In this document: in pieces, positions 18,644-30,640 of the stretch
Layout of the letters: each line of letters begins with the position of its first letter
How positions within the stretch are numbered: the stretch's first letter is position 1
DNA from: Zygnema circumcarinatum SAG 698-1b
Taxonomy: Eukaryota; Plantae; Zygnematophyceae
Direction of reading: 5' to 3'
DNA length: 64,000 bases
Assembly: GCA_037447605.1 (NCBI GenBank)
Contig: CM074812.1
Location: 2,728,001-2,792,000 of the forward strand
Notes under the pieces: generated by a model
Database searches by the model: none
Told to the model about the DNA's origin: nothing
What the model saw: the letters and a program-made list of their open reading frames with translations, nothing else
Program-made: the position numbers and the translations under genes

Positions 18644-19866
18644 AAGTATTTTTCTCCGTTTCTTGAGACAGTAAGCACAAGGAGATGGAGGACAGGGAAG
18701 AGGCGAGAGGAGAAGGAGAGAGAGGGAGAGGGAGAAGGAGAGGGAGAGGAAGCAGAGGCAGAGGGAGAGGAGACAGAGAGGGCGAGGAGAGAGAGGGAGG
18801 AGGAGAGGGAGAGGGAGAGGAAGGAGAGGCAGAGGGAGAGGGAGAGGGAGAGAAAGAGAGGAGACAGAGAGTGCGGGGAGGGAGAGGGAGGGGGAGAGGG
18901 AGAGGAAGGAGAGGCAGAGGGAGAGGGAGAGGGAGAGGGCGAGGGAGAGGGCGAGGGAGAGGGAGCGGAGGGAGAGGGAGCGGAGGGAGAGGCAAAGGGA
19001 GAGAGGGAGAGAGGACAGCGAGGGCGAGGAGGGAGAGGGATGAAAAGGGGGAGATCGACAGGACGTCTGCCTTGTTACAAATTCCAAACGAAACTGGAGA
19101 TCCAGTTTTAGGGTTTGGCAACGGCCTCAAACTGGCCGCATGGAATGAAACGGGCGTTTCACATGGATACGGGAACGGAAGCTGTCACATGTAGCGCGAG
19201 AGGTTGAATAACCAACTGTCCGTACAGCGCCCTCTAGGACAGGGTCGCCTACTTTCTGTACAGTACCAAGTTATGTAACGGCTCGAAATCCCGCGAATGT
19301 GGCCTTGGGGCCTACCATGCATGCATGCATGTATAATGTATGCATGTACGATGTATGCATGTACAATGTATGCATGTCTGCATGGTACATGACGAGTAAG
19401 AGATGCATTTTCATACCCAAACCATGTTGAGTGCAAATTTGTTCTCATGCTCGCATTTGGAGTAAAGAACTCGTGGAAACACGGCCATGTTAAGAAGTGG
19501 AGTAGTCAAGGCGACACTCACACTTTGAAAAAAAAATATAATGTTGTGACAGGAGGAATGGGCATTGGTTTCACGCATGGCGATCACGCGTATGTTCAAC
19601 AACAACATGGATAACCACGAGGAACCAACCGCTCACAAAAGGCCTAAAGACCATGAATGGAACTTTGATTCTAGGCCCAACAACAACAACAACAACATGG
19701 CTCTTGTTATAGGCCCTCTCTCTCTTAATCACGGGCCCAAAGTTGTCCTAGAACGCCATATGAAAATTTGTTGAAACATCGAGGTACCGGTAACCCTAAA
19801 AACCCTAAAAACCCTAAAAACCCTAAAAACCCTAAAAACCTCATACAGATATTTTTCAGTACAGTA

Positions 19867-19999
19867 GGGGGTGTCAGACTTAAAAATTGTTCGTAAGTTT
19901 GAGACCAGAACGAGTACTTCGGTGAAATCGCAATCCTCGTACGGCGGAGTACTTACAAAACTTTTTTGTTCGTAAGATTTCGTTAAGTCTGACACCCCC
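19867..19999. mobile_element. Short MITE (133 bp) related to family A by TIR
   Basis: TIR GGGGGTGTCAGACTTA ... TAAGTCTGACACCCCC, with TA on both sides. Confidence 0.8.
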
Positions 20000-20766
20000 T
20001 AGTATACAGGAGACTTGATACGGGCCGTCTGCGTGTGCCTAACGAGCCCACGAGTCTTACGACTCATCGGCATGGCTATGTGCTTCTATGTGCCGAATAC
20101 GTTCCGTAACATGAGACATATCTCACATACGCAGTTACAGTGAAACTATCCTAGTTCCATGTGACCAGTTCCTCGTGGTTCCCCATGATGCTGATGTTGT
20201 CCATGTACATGTGATGGCATCATCGCCATCGTGAGATCAATGCCACATCCTCGCCCTAATTCTAGTTCCATGTGATGTCGCTGTAAATTATCTGACGCCA
20301 AAAAAAAATATCGTGATATATGTGACAGATTTTCCTTATTATTACTCCCGTTTTTTTTTTTATTATTATTTTTCTTTTTTAATTTTGGGGCAGCAGAACG
20401 CCGGCAATCCCCGCTGTAGGGGCAATTTATGTAAATTGTAACAATATGAATCGACGGTTCCGCGTGTGCCACGGCATTGTTTTCCAATAAATGTGTAGAC
20501 GTGGTGAAATATTTGCCGTCGATCGGAATCCACGTCCCGCCAAAAAGTCGTTCCACTTGTCCCGGAAGCGACAGTCGTCCGGTTTCGCACATGGTCCGTA
20601 CACATCCTTCGACCCGTACAAACTGTACGGCCATGTTATTTTGTCGTTTTTTGACAATACAAGAAAACTCGCTGTACCAACCTCGTCATACGGGCGACTT
20701 TGGGCTTCTCCTTCCGAAACTATGGTGGAAGAAACCAATGATACGACGTCACGTGTACACATGTAT

Positions 20767-20815
20767 CCACGTGGCGCTTTTTGATAAGCCCTTACATTCA
20801 GACTGTCCACGTGGC
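20767..20815 (+). promoter_or_regulatory. Paired G-box/ABRE motifs upstream of SnRK2
   Basis: TCCACGTGGCGC occurs twice, 40 bp apart (cores 20767-20775 and 20807-20815), about 630-675 bp before the ATG. Confidence 0.35.
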
Positions 20816-21441
20816 GCACTCCCATTGGTAGGTGCCTTCGGACTGTTCAGCTATGGGAAAGGCCCTTTGGGCCATCCGGGACCTTCCGGCTCGTCTGTCG
20901 TCCGCGATCCCTGGCGTCGCAGACCGCCGCATAAGGTCGCAGGAGGTCGCAGAGCGGTAATTTGAGGCGCGATCTAGTCGCAGGAAGTCGCATAGTCGCA
21001 GATCCGTCGCAGGATTTGGCGCCTGTTCTTGTTTACCTGCTCCTGCAAGGACGGAGGGGGACCCTTGGAGCTGTCCTGGCAGCCATGGCTGCCAGCTCTT
21101 GAAGCAACCTTGGACAGCGTTGTGAAGCCCGTGAACTTAAATCTTGGAGTCGGCGAAAATCTGCATGCGAGTGTTGACAGATAGAGCTTTTTTTCCTTCC
21201 ATTCAGGGAAAGTTCATTTCCTTCCAGGTGTTGCCAGCTGTGAGAGAGATAGAGGAGAGAGAGAGCGAACGAGAGAGAGAGAAGAGAGAGAGTGGAGGTG
21301 GAGAGAGGGATATTAGAGAGATACAAGTAGGGTTGAGAGGGGGAGAGAGTGAGAAAGGGAGAGAGGGAGAGAGATAGGAGGGAGAGACAGAGAGAGAGGG
21401 AGTAAGAGAAAGGTAGAGGGGGAGAGAGGGAGAGGGGAGCC

Positions 21442-24400
21442 ATGGAGCGGTATGAGCTTGTGAAGGATATTGGATCAGGGAACTTTGGAGTGGCTCGGTT
21501 GATGCGTGACAAGAAGACGAGAGAGCTCGTAGCTGTGAAGTATATTGAACGAGGAGATAAGGTAGGGCTGCTTTTGTTTTGTCCTTTTTTGTTTCGTTTC
21601 CTAGCATGTGTAGTCTATTGGTATAAAGGCATCAGATAGTCGCAGCATGATTCGTTCATGCAGAGCAATTCTATGTGGATGCATATTATCATAATATCTT
21701 TTCATTCCATGATTTTTTAGGTTTACCAATTGTTTCTCGGGTCCCTGTACTATGCAGGCATGCCGTTCTTGCAAGATCATGCATTATCTGCAGCATGATT
21801 TTGCTCACCTGCATTTTCTCCCCCTCTCTGTCACACTCCCTCTCTTCCACTCTCTCTTTCTCTATTCATTCGCTCTCTCTCCCTCTCTCTTTCTCTCTCC
21901 CCCCTCCCAGTCTCTGTCTGTCCCTCTCCTAAGCATTAATTTGATGTGTGGCTGCAAAATGCGTTGCATGGCATAGCATGATGTCAAAGACTGCACGCTG
22001 TCATTGTATGCAGCATAACATGACGAGAGGCCTCGCGAGAAAACATTTGTCTTCCTTCTCTTCATTGCAGGCAGCATTGCTTTGTCCTGTAGCGGCAGCA
22101 AGCATGCAGAGAGAGAGAGAGAGGAAGAGGACGAGGATGAGTGAGAGTGGAAGAGTGGGAGAGGGAGTGTGAGAGAGGGAGAGGGAGGGATTGGACGAGG
22201 GAGTGGGCGAGAGCGAGGGAGGTGAGAGTGAATGAGAGAGAAAGCAAGCATGCCTGCATGCATGGCTCGGTCTGAGCATCTATGTGCATGTACCTCAGTT
22301 GAACCAATAACAGGAGTTTCAGAAGGGCTTGGTCCTGCTTATTATCATTGTTTCTGGGACCATATTATGCATGCGCATGCATTATGTGGTTCCAAATACA
22401 TTTGAGTACATGAGCAGGGGCGGCTCCTCCGTACGGCATACTTTAAACCATCCTCCTGATGATGTATGAATTGCACCATACATACATGCATGTATGTATG
22501 CCATGATTGTCGATGCCATGGCATGCCTCCTCTGCGCTGCTCATGTGACGCTGCAGGAGTCTTGCGTAGCATGATTTCCTGCATCATGCCGACGTCAACA
22601 TGCAGCATACTGGCATCATCTAGTGGTAGCCATGCTGTATTCTTCATATTTTGTTTCGCCTGCGGCATAGTGGAAAGAAATGCCAATGCAAGTGACATTT
22701 AGGGTTGTTGAAAACGTAGAACTCAGATGTAACTGGAACTGTTACTGAAACTGGAACGTCAGTGGAGGCAGCAGTCTTAGTATATCTTTGTCACAAAGAA
22801 TACCAGTGTACGGAAACAAGCTTAGCGACTAATTTTCAAAATCAAAATCGTTGCGTATGGCGTTCTGGACTTGCTTGCGAGCAGATTGATGAAAATGTTC
22901 AAAGGGAGATCATCAATCACCGTTCTTTGCGGCACCCTAATATTGTCCGTTTTAAGGAAGTAAGATTTCACTAGCTCTGCTTCTTCTTCTCCCCCTCCCT
23001 CTCCCTCTCCCTTTCCCTTCCTCCTCCCTCCCTCCTCCCTTCTCCCTCCTCCCTCCCCCGTCCTCCCTCCTCCCTCCCCCGTCCTCCCTCCTCCCTCCGC
23101 CGTCCTCCCTCCCCCGTCCNNNNNNNNNNCCCCCCCCCCCCCTCCCCATTATTCCTCTTTCGCTTCCAATTCTGCCCTCTCCTCCTCTGCTGCTCCATCG
23201 TCGGCTTCCCTCCTCCCTCCCTTATCTTTATTTCTCGTAATTCCCTTTTCATCTTGCCGTTCGTCGACATCCACCCTCCTACCTCCCCTTCCCGCCTGCC
23301 CGCCTAACTCATTTCCTCCTCTTTTAAGGAGGGAACAAGCGGTAGGGGTAAGACTGCTTGCAGTTGTTTAAAGTGTTCTTCTGTCCAGCCATTAAGGGCG
23401 CCTATGTGCGGCAAAGATGAGTGCTCTCGGTCTACTGCCCTCATGTATGTATTTATGTTTGTATAATTGTATCTGTGTGTTTGCAGGTCCTTTTGACTCC
23501 TACCCATCTCGCTATTGTGATGGAGTATGCTGCTGGAGGGGAGCTTTTCGAACGTATCTGCAACGCCGGGCGCTTTAGTGAAGATGAGGTTAAACCATAC
23601 TCTGCACTTGCGTGTGAGGGGGAAGAGAGAGAGTGGTTGTGAGGGAGAACTCCATGTTAGTCTTAAAGTTGTCAACTAGTGTAGTGGAGGAAATAGGCAA
23701 CTGCTGTGTGTTCGTGAATGCGCAATTGAGAGAGAGCGAGCGAGAGAGAGAGCGAGAGAGAGGGAGAGAGAGAGAAAGGGGGAGAGAGAGGGAGATTTGC
23801 CTTTTGCATTCTCTGTTCCTTACCCTCCGTCATTGAAGCATACGTACTGCAGGAGAATGTGCGTGTTTGACACAGAGATCAATTCTTCTGCAGAAGCGTT
23901 TGTTAACCTTTCTCGGATGACACCGTTATGTGCATGCAGGCGCGGTTTTTCTTCCAGCAGCTAGTCTCAGGAATCAGCTACTGCCATTCCATGGTAAGAA
24001 AGAGGGAAGGAAAAAATCGCACATGCTTTTATCCCCATATGATGATGATGATGATCGTCATCATCATCATTATCTGTGATCTTTCTGGATTTATTTTGGC
24101 CCAAGTTACAAAACAGTTTGGGAAGTTGGGGAATTATCATACTTGTGAACTGGCTACTGTTTCCATCTTCATCATCTTTCATTCATATGCATTCGTGTGC
24201 CATTAGATCCATTCTGATGTTTTTGAGGCTGGTTCCTCAGACTGTGCTGTTTACGCATGCGTGGGAGGGAGAGGGGAGAGGCAATGAGAAGAAAGGGGAG
24301 AGGGACAGAGAGGGAGCGGGGGCGATAGTGAGTGAGAGCGTGAGAGCGAGGGGAGGGAGGGGCGAAGGGAGGGAGAGAGTGGGGAAGCGAATGAGAGAGA

Positions 24401-27400
24401 GCGTGGGGGAGAAGGGGGGAGGGAGGGAGAGAAAACGGGGGACAGAGACTGAGAGCGTGAGAGTGAGAGTGAGAGAGGTGGGGAGCGAGGGGGTGTGAGA
24501 GAGTGAGAGTGAACACTTGAGCTTTTCGACGTGTTGGAGATACCTCTCTCTATCTTTCTCTGCACGGCAATTTTTGAGTGTTAATCAGAGTCGATTGTAT
24601 GTGTATGAATAGATTTTTTGTACTCTTTTTTTCTGCCGTACATGCACATGCTATTTTTGGGATCGTCATTTTTGTCGGGGCGGGGGATTGGGAATTATTC
24701 AAGTTGTACAGGAGTAGGTTCAGTACGGCTGCATGCATGTATATTCAACTTGCTGATTGATCCGCTTTTTATTAATTCAACTTTAAATCGCCCACTTTTT
24801 TTTCAGCAAATTTGTCATCGTGATTTGAAGCTAGAAAATACTCTACTTGACGGAAGTCCAGCTCCCCGATTGAAGATTTGTGATTTTGGGTATTCTAAGG
24901 TATATCTTCCCTCTTGCACCCTTCTTGTTTCTCCTCGTAGATCAAGGGAGTCCGGTACTTTCCTGTAAGTCGGTTGTTCATTACAAGAAAGGACAGTCTT
25001 CTATGATACATAGAGCCTAGAAGTTGGCTATCATAGTTATTTGTCACTTTTTTTGTTTGTATATGTGTAAAAATCGTTTATGTATATGTTTATGTATTAT
25101 CTATATTGGAGGGTTCCAGAAAGCACCATCACACTAGCCTGATATCTGCTTGTATGGCTTTATGGATGGGCAGTCTTCTTTACTCCACTCGCAACCAAAA
25201 TCAACTGTCGGCACTCCCGCCTATATTGCTCCGGAGGTGCTTTCAAAGAAAGAATATGACGGGAAGGTGAGAACGATGATGAGATTTCAGGACTCCGCGG
25301 TGTTGCTTTGTTCACCTTTGGAGGATTGCTTCAGGAGTAAGGGAGAGAAGAAGAGAGCGCGAGAGAGAGGGAGACAGGGGAGGGAGAGAGGGGGAAAGTG
25401 AGAAAGAGAAAAAGGGGGACGAGAAGAGAGCGCGGGAAGCAAGAGAGAGATAGGGAGAGGAGAAGGAGATGGGGAGGAGGGGAGGGAGAGGGGGGGCAGA
25501 GCACGAGCGGGAGAGCGCGAGAGAAAAAGGGGGAAGAGGGAGAGATAGAGAAAGTGCCAAAGAGAGCGCAAGGGAGAGAGGAGAGAGAAAGAGGCAGAGA
25601 AAGGGACAACACTTGGGCTGTCAGAATCTTAGAATCAGACTTAACCTTTGCATTTCAATGATGTGAACATTTCTTTGACAGTTCGCCCTTTGGATTTTCA
25701 CGGTTTGCTAAGTGTCAAACTTCCAGGGCTCGTCCATGCCTAACAGTCTTGACCCTGTGGAGATATTCGCATTGATTTCATTTATCGAACTCTGTTTTTC
25801 TTCTTTTCCCTTGCCGCGTGTTTCTCTATGCAGACTGCGGATGTATGGTCGTGTGGAGTTACTCTCTATGTGATGTTGGTAGGAGCGTACCCATTTGAGG
25901 ATCCCGATGACCCTCGGAATTTCCGCAAGACCATTGGGGTATGATTTTATAAAAAGCCTTACACCCTTCTTGGCTTCCTGAGGGAGGGAGTGAGGGAGGG
26001 GGGAGGGAGGGGAGAGGAGGGGAGACGAAGGGCTGCTATACACGCCCATAAGGATATACAATGAACAAAATAGAGGAGGGAAAGGTCGGTGGCGGTGGTG
26101 CCCATAGTCAAAACTTTGCTTTCTGTCACTTTTGCTTGCTTCTGTGTGTTTGCACATCCTGCATGGAACATCCTTTATTTCTTTCCGAACTTTCCTGGGG
26201 TTTGTGCTGCACTCTATGTCTCTTCTGCTGTGTGCTCTCTCTCTCTCTCTCCTCTCTCTCTCTCCTCTCTCTCTCTGTGCTTGTTCTCTTTTTCTCTCAT
26301 TCTGCCCCAAACTTTAACCTAATACTCAAACACACGCCTTATGGTTTCTAGTGTCCCGGGTTGCCCCACAGACGCAGAGAATGCTGATGTGAATCCTTAG
26401 TGGTTTTCAGTGGTTTCTGGTGTCCGGGTTTTGGGCACACCTGACCCGTGTGGGCTCATGCTTGGCTCTGCTTGTTTCTTGTTTTGTGGGTGTGGCGTGG
26501 CATGTCTTCCTTTGATCGTCTCGGCGTCGTCTGCGTCTGCATGCTGCTGCTGTGGGGGGAGGGTTGGACACACAATTTATCCATATTTGTGCTCTCAGCG
26601 CATCTTCACTTCGCAATATTCGATCCCAGAAACAATACAACTATCTTCTGAATGCCGGCACCTTCTGTCCTGCATCTTTATTGTTGACCCTTCTAAGGTA
26701 TGACGGCAGGTTGGTTCGGCTTTGCCCTCTCTGTTGTGTGTGTTGTCTCACAGCGCATCATGAGCGTCCAGTACGTCATCCCACCATATGTCCGTTTATC
26801 GGCAGAGTGCAAACACCTCCTGTCCCGCATCTTTACTGCGAATCCTGCCAAGGTACGGATAGCAGAGGATCATCAAGCTTTCGTCCTTCTCACTCTCTCT
26901 CTCCCCCCCTTTTTCTCTCGCACGCCCTCCTTCCCGCTTTCCCTCCCTTGTGCACACCGCCCCACTCGCCTCTATCTCTCTGCCCACTTACTCGCTCTCA
27001 CTTTCTTCAGGGCTCTCGCCCCTCTCCCTCTCCCTCCCCTTTCTCTCCCCCCCCCCCCCGCCCCTTAGTACTATGCTACTGTCGAATAAAACTTAGTTTC
27101 CGCAGGTCCGTTTCTCTCTTGCTGTCCATTGCAGTCAGTTCGTCTCACTTTTGTCTTTTGTCTTTTGCATTTTCCTTCTTGGTTCAACCCAATGAGTCTG
27201 TCCTTCTTCCCTCAGTCCAATTGTAGAAAAGGATATCGAGTGTTGCCTTCATTGCTATGCGGCTGGATAATTTTTGTATATAGATGCTTAAATGGAAATA
27301 GATAAACAGACAACAAATAGTACGAGAAAGACATGACAGGTTCCATGTGTATGTAAAAGCTGCTTTTTTTATTCTGGCATCGTCTAGAGCTGCTGATGAA

Positions 27401-28126
27401 CATTATGCTGAAAGTTATGCTTGCTTGTTGTTGTTGCTTGTTTCACTGTTATATGCATTCCTGTCCTTCATGGAATCATTTACTGATGATTCACGGACAT
27501 CATCTTTTTGTCTTTTTATCCCCTGTCTTCTCTTCCCCTCTTCGCTTTCCATTGTTTCTTCCTCTTTCCTCCCCACCTTTGTTCCTTCAACTCTTCCCTC
27601 CTCTCTTCCCTCTTCCCTCCTTTCTTCCCTCATCCTTTCCCTCCTTCCATCTTTCCTTCCTTCCCTCCTTCCATCCCTCTTTCCCTCGGTCCTCCTTTCC
27701 CTCCTTACGTCCTTCCCACCTCCCTCCCTCCCTTTCCTCCTCCCTCCTTCATTCCCTCCTTCCCTCCTTCCATCCTTCCCTCCCTGCCTTCCTCTCTCCC
27801 TCCACCCTTCCCTCCCTCCCTCCGTCCCGCCGTCCCCCTTACAGCGAATTACCATGCCCGAGATCCGGCAGCATGACTGGTTCCGCAAGAACCTCCCTGC
27901 TGACCTCATGGCTGACAACGACCCCACCTACCAGTATGACGATCCCAACCACCCCCCCCAGAGCATAGAGGAGATCATGCGAATACTGCAGGAGGCTCGC
28001 GTGGCGGGAACGGGCGCCCCCGTGGGTCAGTACTTGGGAGACGGGGGGCGCGGAGAGGAGGACGAGGACATGGAGGCGGAGGGTGACGATTTGGAGAGCA
28101 GTGGGGAGTTTGTCTGCGCCATGTAG
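21442..28126 (+). CDS. SnRK2: SNF1-related protein kinase 2 (SnRK2, OST1/subclass III-like C-terminus), 340 aa
   Basis: Exons 21442-21561, 22885-22959, 23487-23588, 23940-23993, 24807-24899, 25174-25266, 25834-25938, exon 8 (26599-26697 or 26754-26852) and 27845-28126, all GT-AG and phase 0. Motifs [40 protein letters not shown] and an acidic tail ending [13 protein letters not shown]. Confidence 0.97.
26599..26697 (+). CDS. SnRK2: SnRK2 alternative exon 8a ([33 protein letters not shown])
   Basis: 99 nt, CTCAG acceptor, AAG|GTATGA donor, no stop codon, paralogous to exon 8b. Confidence 0.8.
26754..26852 (+). CDS. SnRK2: SnRK2 exon 8b, closer to the canonical sequence ([33 protein letters not shown])
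   Basis: 99 nt, CACAG acceptor, AAG|GTACGG donor; resembles the typical SnRK2 sequence [33 protein letters not shown]. Confidence 0.9.
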
Positions 28127-29327
28127 AGAGCTAATGAGGGGAGGGAGAGGAGGAAAACAATGGAGGTGCTGGGAGATCCACGCAGTGCAACGCAACGGAG
28201 AATTGGTAGAGGGACACGGGGAGTGGAGGAGGGAGGGGAGAGAAAGGGGAGGCCGGAAGGATGGAAGCATAGTATAGGGCTGTCTGGGAGGGTAGGTCTG
28301 CTGCTGCTTGTTCATAGAAAGGGCTGCTGTGGCTGTTGCTGCCTTTTATGTAGAAAGAAAGGAGATGAGGATGGTGCTGGGATGCGTGTCCTCCCCCCCC
28401 CCCCCCCCCCCCCCCCCCCCNNNNNNNNNNCCCCCCCCCCCCCCCCCAACACCCCCATTCCATGCTGTTACAGTTCAATTTCAGTTATGTTGTTGGTAGC
28501 AGTCAGCGCGTCGGCTGCCACGTGTATGTCTTACTCGTCTGCAGCAGCTGCATGTAAAGTGGAAGGTGAAGACAGGACGTGCTTTCTTGCTATATTGGGC
28601 GGGTCCCGCATGGAACAGACTGTTAAGCGGAGGAAATTTTGCTGTTTTCTCCTAAGGGAATCAATACAGGTTCCTAGAAGAGTTTCTGCCGGTCGACTTT
28701 TCCATCCCATGTATGCCATGGAGCGGACCTAGAAATGTTGACATGGGGCATGGGGTGTGGCCCAGCATTTCAGTCCAGCTTATAAGTTCCCATGGTATGT
28801 GCTAAGGAGATGAATTTCTACTCTTGAGGTTTTGCATCTTTCAACATTCTGTTTTCGTTTTTCTGTTGACGAAGAAGTGATTGCAAGTTTCAGGTGTGGC
28901 TCATCCGTAATGGTGTTTCCAAAGTTGAAGTGACTGCGAAGTAATATCTTTGGTTATGGGTCGCTTTTGAGAGGAAAAGGGGAAGGGGAGAGGGGGAGGT
29001 GGAGGGGAAGGGGGAGTGGGAGAGTGGCAGTGGGGGAGGGAGTGGGAGTGAGGCAGGCGGGGGGGGGAAAGGAGGGAGTGGAAGAGAGGCAGTGGGGGAG
29101 GGGAAGGAGGGAGTGGGAGTGAGGCAGTGGGGGAGGGGGAGGGAGTGGGAGAGAGGCAGAGGGAGAGGGGAAGAGCGGGACGGAAGGTTGCATCGCGTCG
29201 CGTCACGTTACGTCACGTTTCTTCATGTCACGTCATGGCATGGCACGTGACGTTCAGCCGCGGTCGTCCGCCGGCGTTTCAGCGAAGCTTCCAAGTTGTC
29301 TTTTTCTAGTCCGAGATTCCCCCATAA

Positions 29328-29521
29328 GGGGGTGTCAGACCTTGACCATCGCCAAATTTATTTCGTAAGCCTGTCGGGCGAATTAAGCATTGGCCAGGTA
29401 CGCATTTCGGTACGGTTGGTCTCGGCGGAGCCGCGGATCCCGACCCGGAATTCGTACACGAAAGAAGTGACTTTTAGTATAAGGAATTCGAGAATTTCGT
29501 AAGGGCTGGTCAAGGTCTGAC
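29328..29521. mobile_element. MITE family A copy, right TIR degraded
   Basis: Highly similar to 1334-1532 (GACCATCGCCAAAT...CGCGGATCCCGACCCGGAATTCGTACACGAAAGAAGTGAC). Confidence 0.8.
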
Positions 29522-30640
29522 TATAGAAGCGTCCCCTATAGAGCGTGCGACACGTTGCTCCAAACGTCAAATATCGCCCATGAATTCCGATATTTTGAGA
29601 TATATCGTGCGATACGGTTTTGCTCGGACCCAAAAAAACAAAAGAGGGAGAGGGCGTCGCTGCGAATTGCGTCCAAGGGGAATGTCAAGTGACGTCACTG
29701 CTTACGTCACTCATTATCTCACGTGTCACGATACATGTCACGGCACGTCACGTCACATCGGACGCAGCAGCTTCCTAGGAACCATCTCGAAGCGGCGGCC
29801 GCCGGGCTAGAGAAAAACGTATGTCGGCCAATCGGCATGCGCCACGTGGCGTCCTGCAAGTGCAGTTTTGCACCTGCCCAATATCTCTCCTTGATAACGT
29901 CAGGCCAATCTGCCCTTGCTAAAGTCATTTTTGATCAATTCTGTGGATCCCTTGATAACGTCAGTACCTGAAGACCTCGGTGAAGTCATTTTAAAGTTAG
30001 TTCGGCGAGACCCTCGATAAGTCACTTTCGTGAAGCCCTTGATTAGTCTTTTTAAAGTCAGTTTGGCGAATCCCTTGTTAAAGTCAGTTTAAAGTCGGTT
30101 CAGGGAAGGTTGGCGTTAGCGCAGATTCGACGGCGGACGTTGACGGGTCGTCACGTCACGCATGGAAGCTTCCAAATGGTACGGTCGGGCGCAGCCGTTG
30201 ACCAGAGAGAGGGCGACACGTGGCGGACTCGGACGTGAATCCAACGCGTTGCAGAGAGGGGAGGGAGAGAAGGGAGGGAGAGGGAAGGAGAGGGAGGGAG
30301 AGGGAAGGAGAGGGAGGGAGGTAAGACTGGCGAGGAAGGGGACGAGAGGGAGAACGGTGGAGAGAGGGTGTCGGAGAGGGGAGGAGAGAGGAGTGAGTGG
30401 GAGAGGTGTGAGGGAGAGGGAGGGGAGAGAGAGAAGACTGGAGTGGGAGAGAGGAAGGGGAGAAATAAGCATTTCCGAGCGGAAGGAGAGGGAGACGGAG
30501 AGAGAAAGAGAGGGAGTCCATATAGCACACAGAGAGAAAGTGAGAGTGAGAGTGGGAGGGAGAGAGCGAGTGAGAGGGAGAGGGAGAGGGAGAGAGAGAG
30601 AGAGGGAGAGAGACAAGGAGAGAAAGTGGGATAGGGAGAG

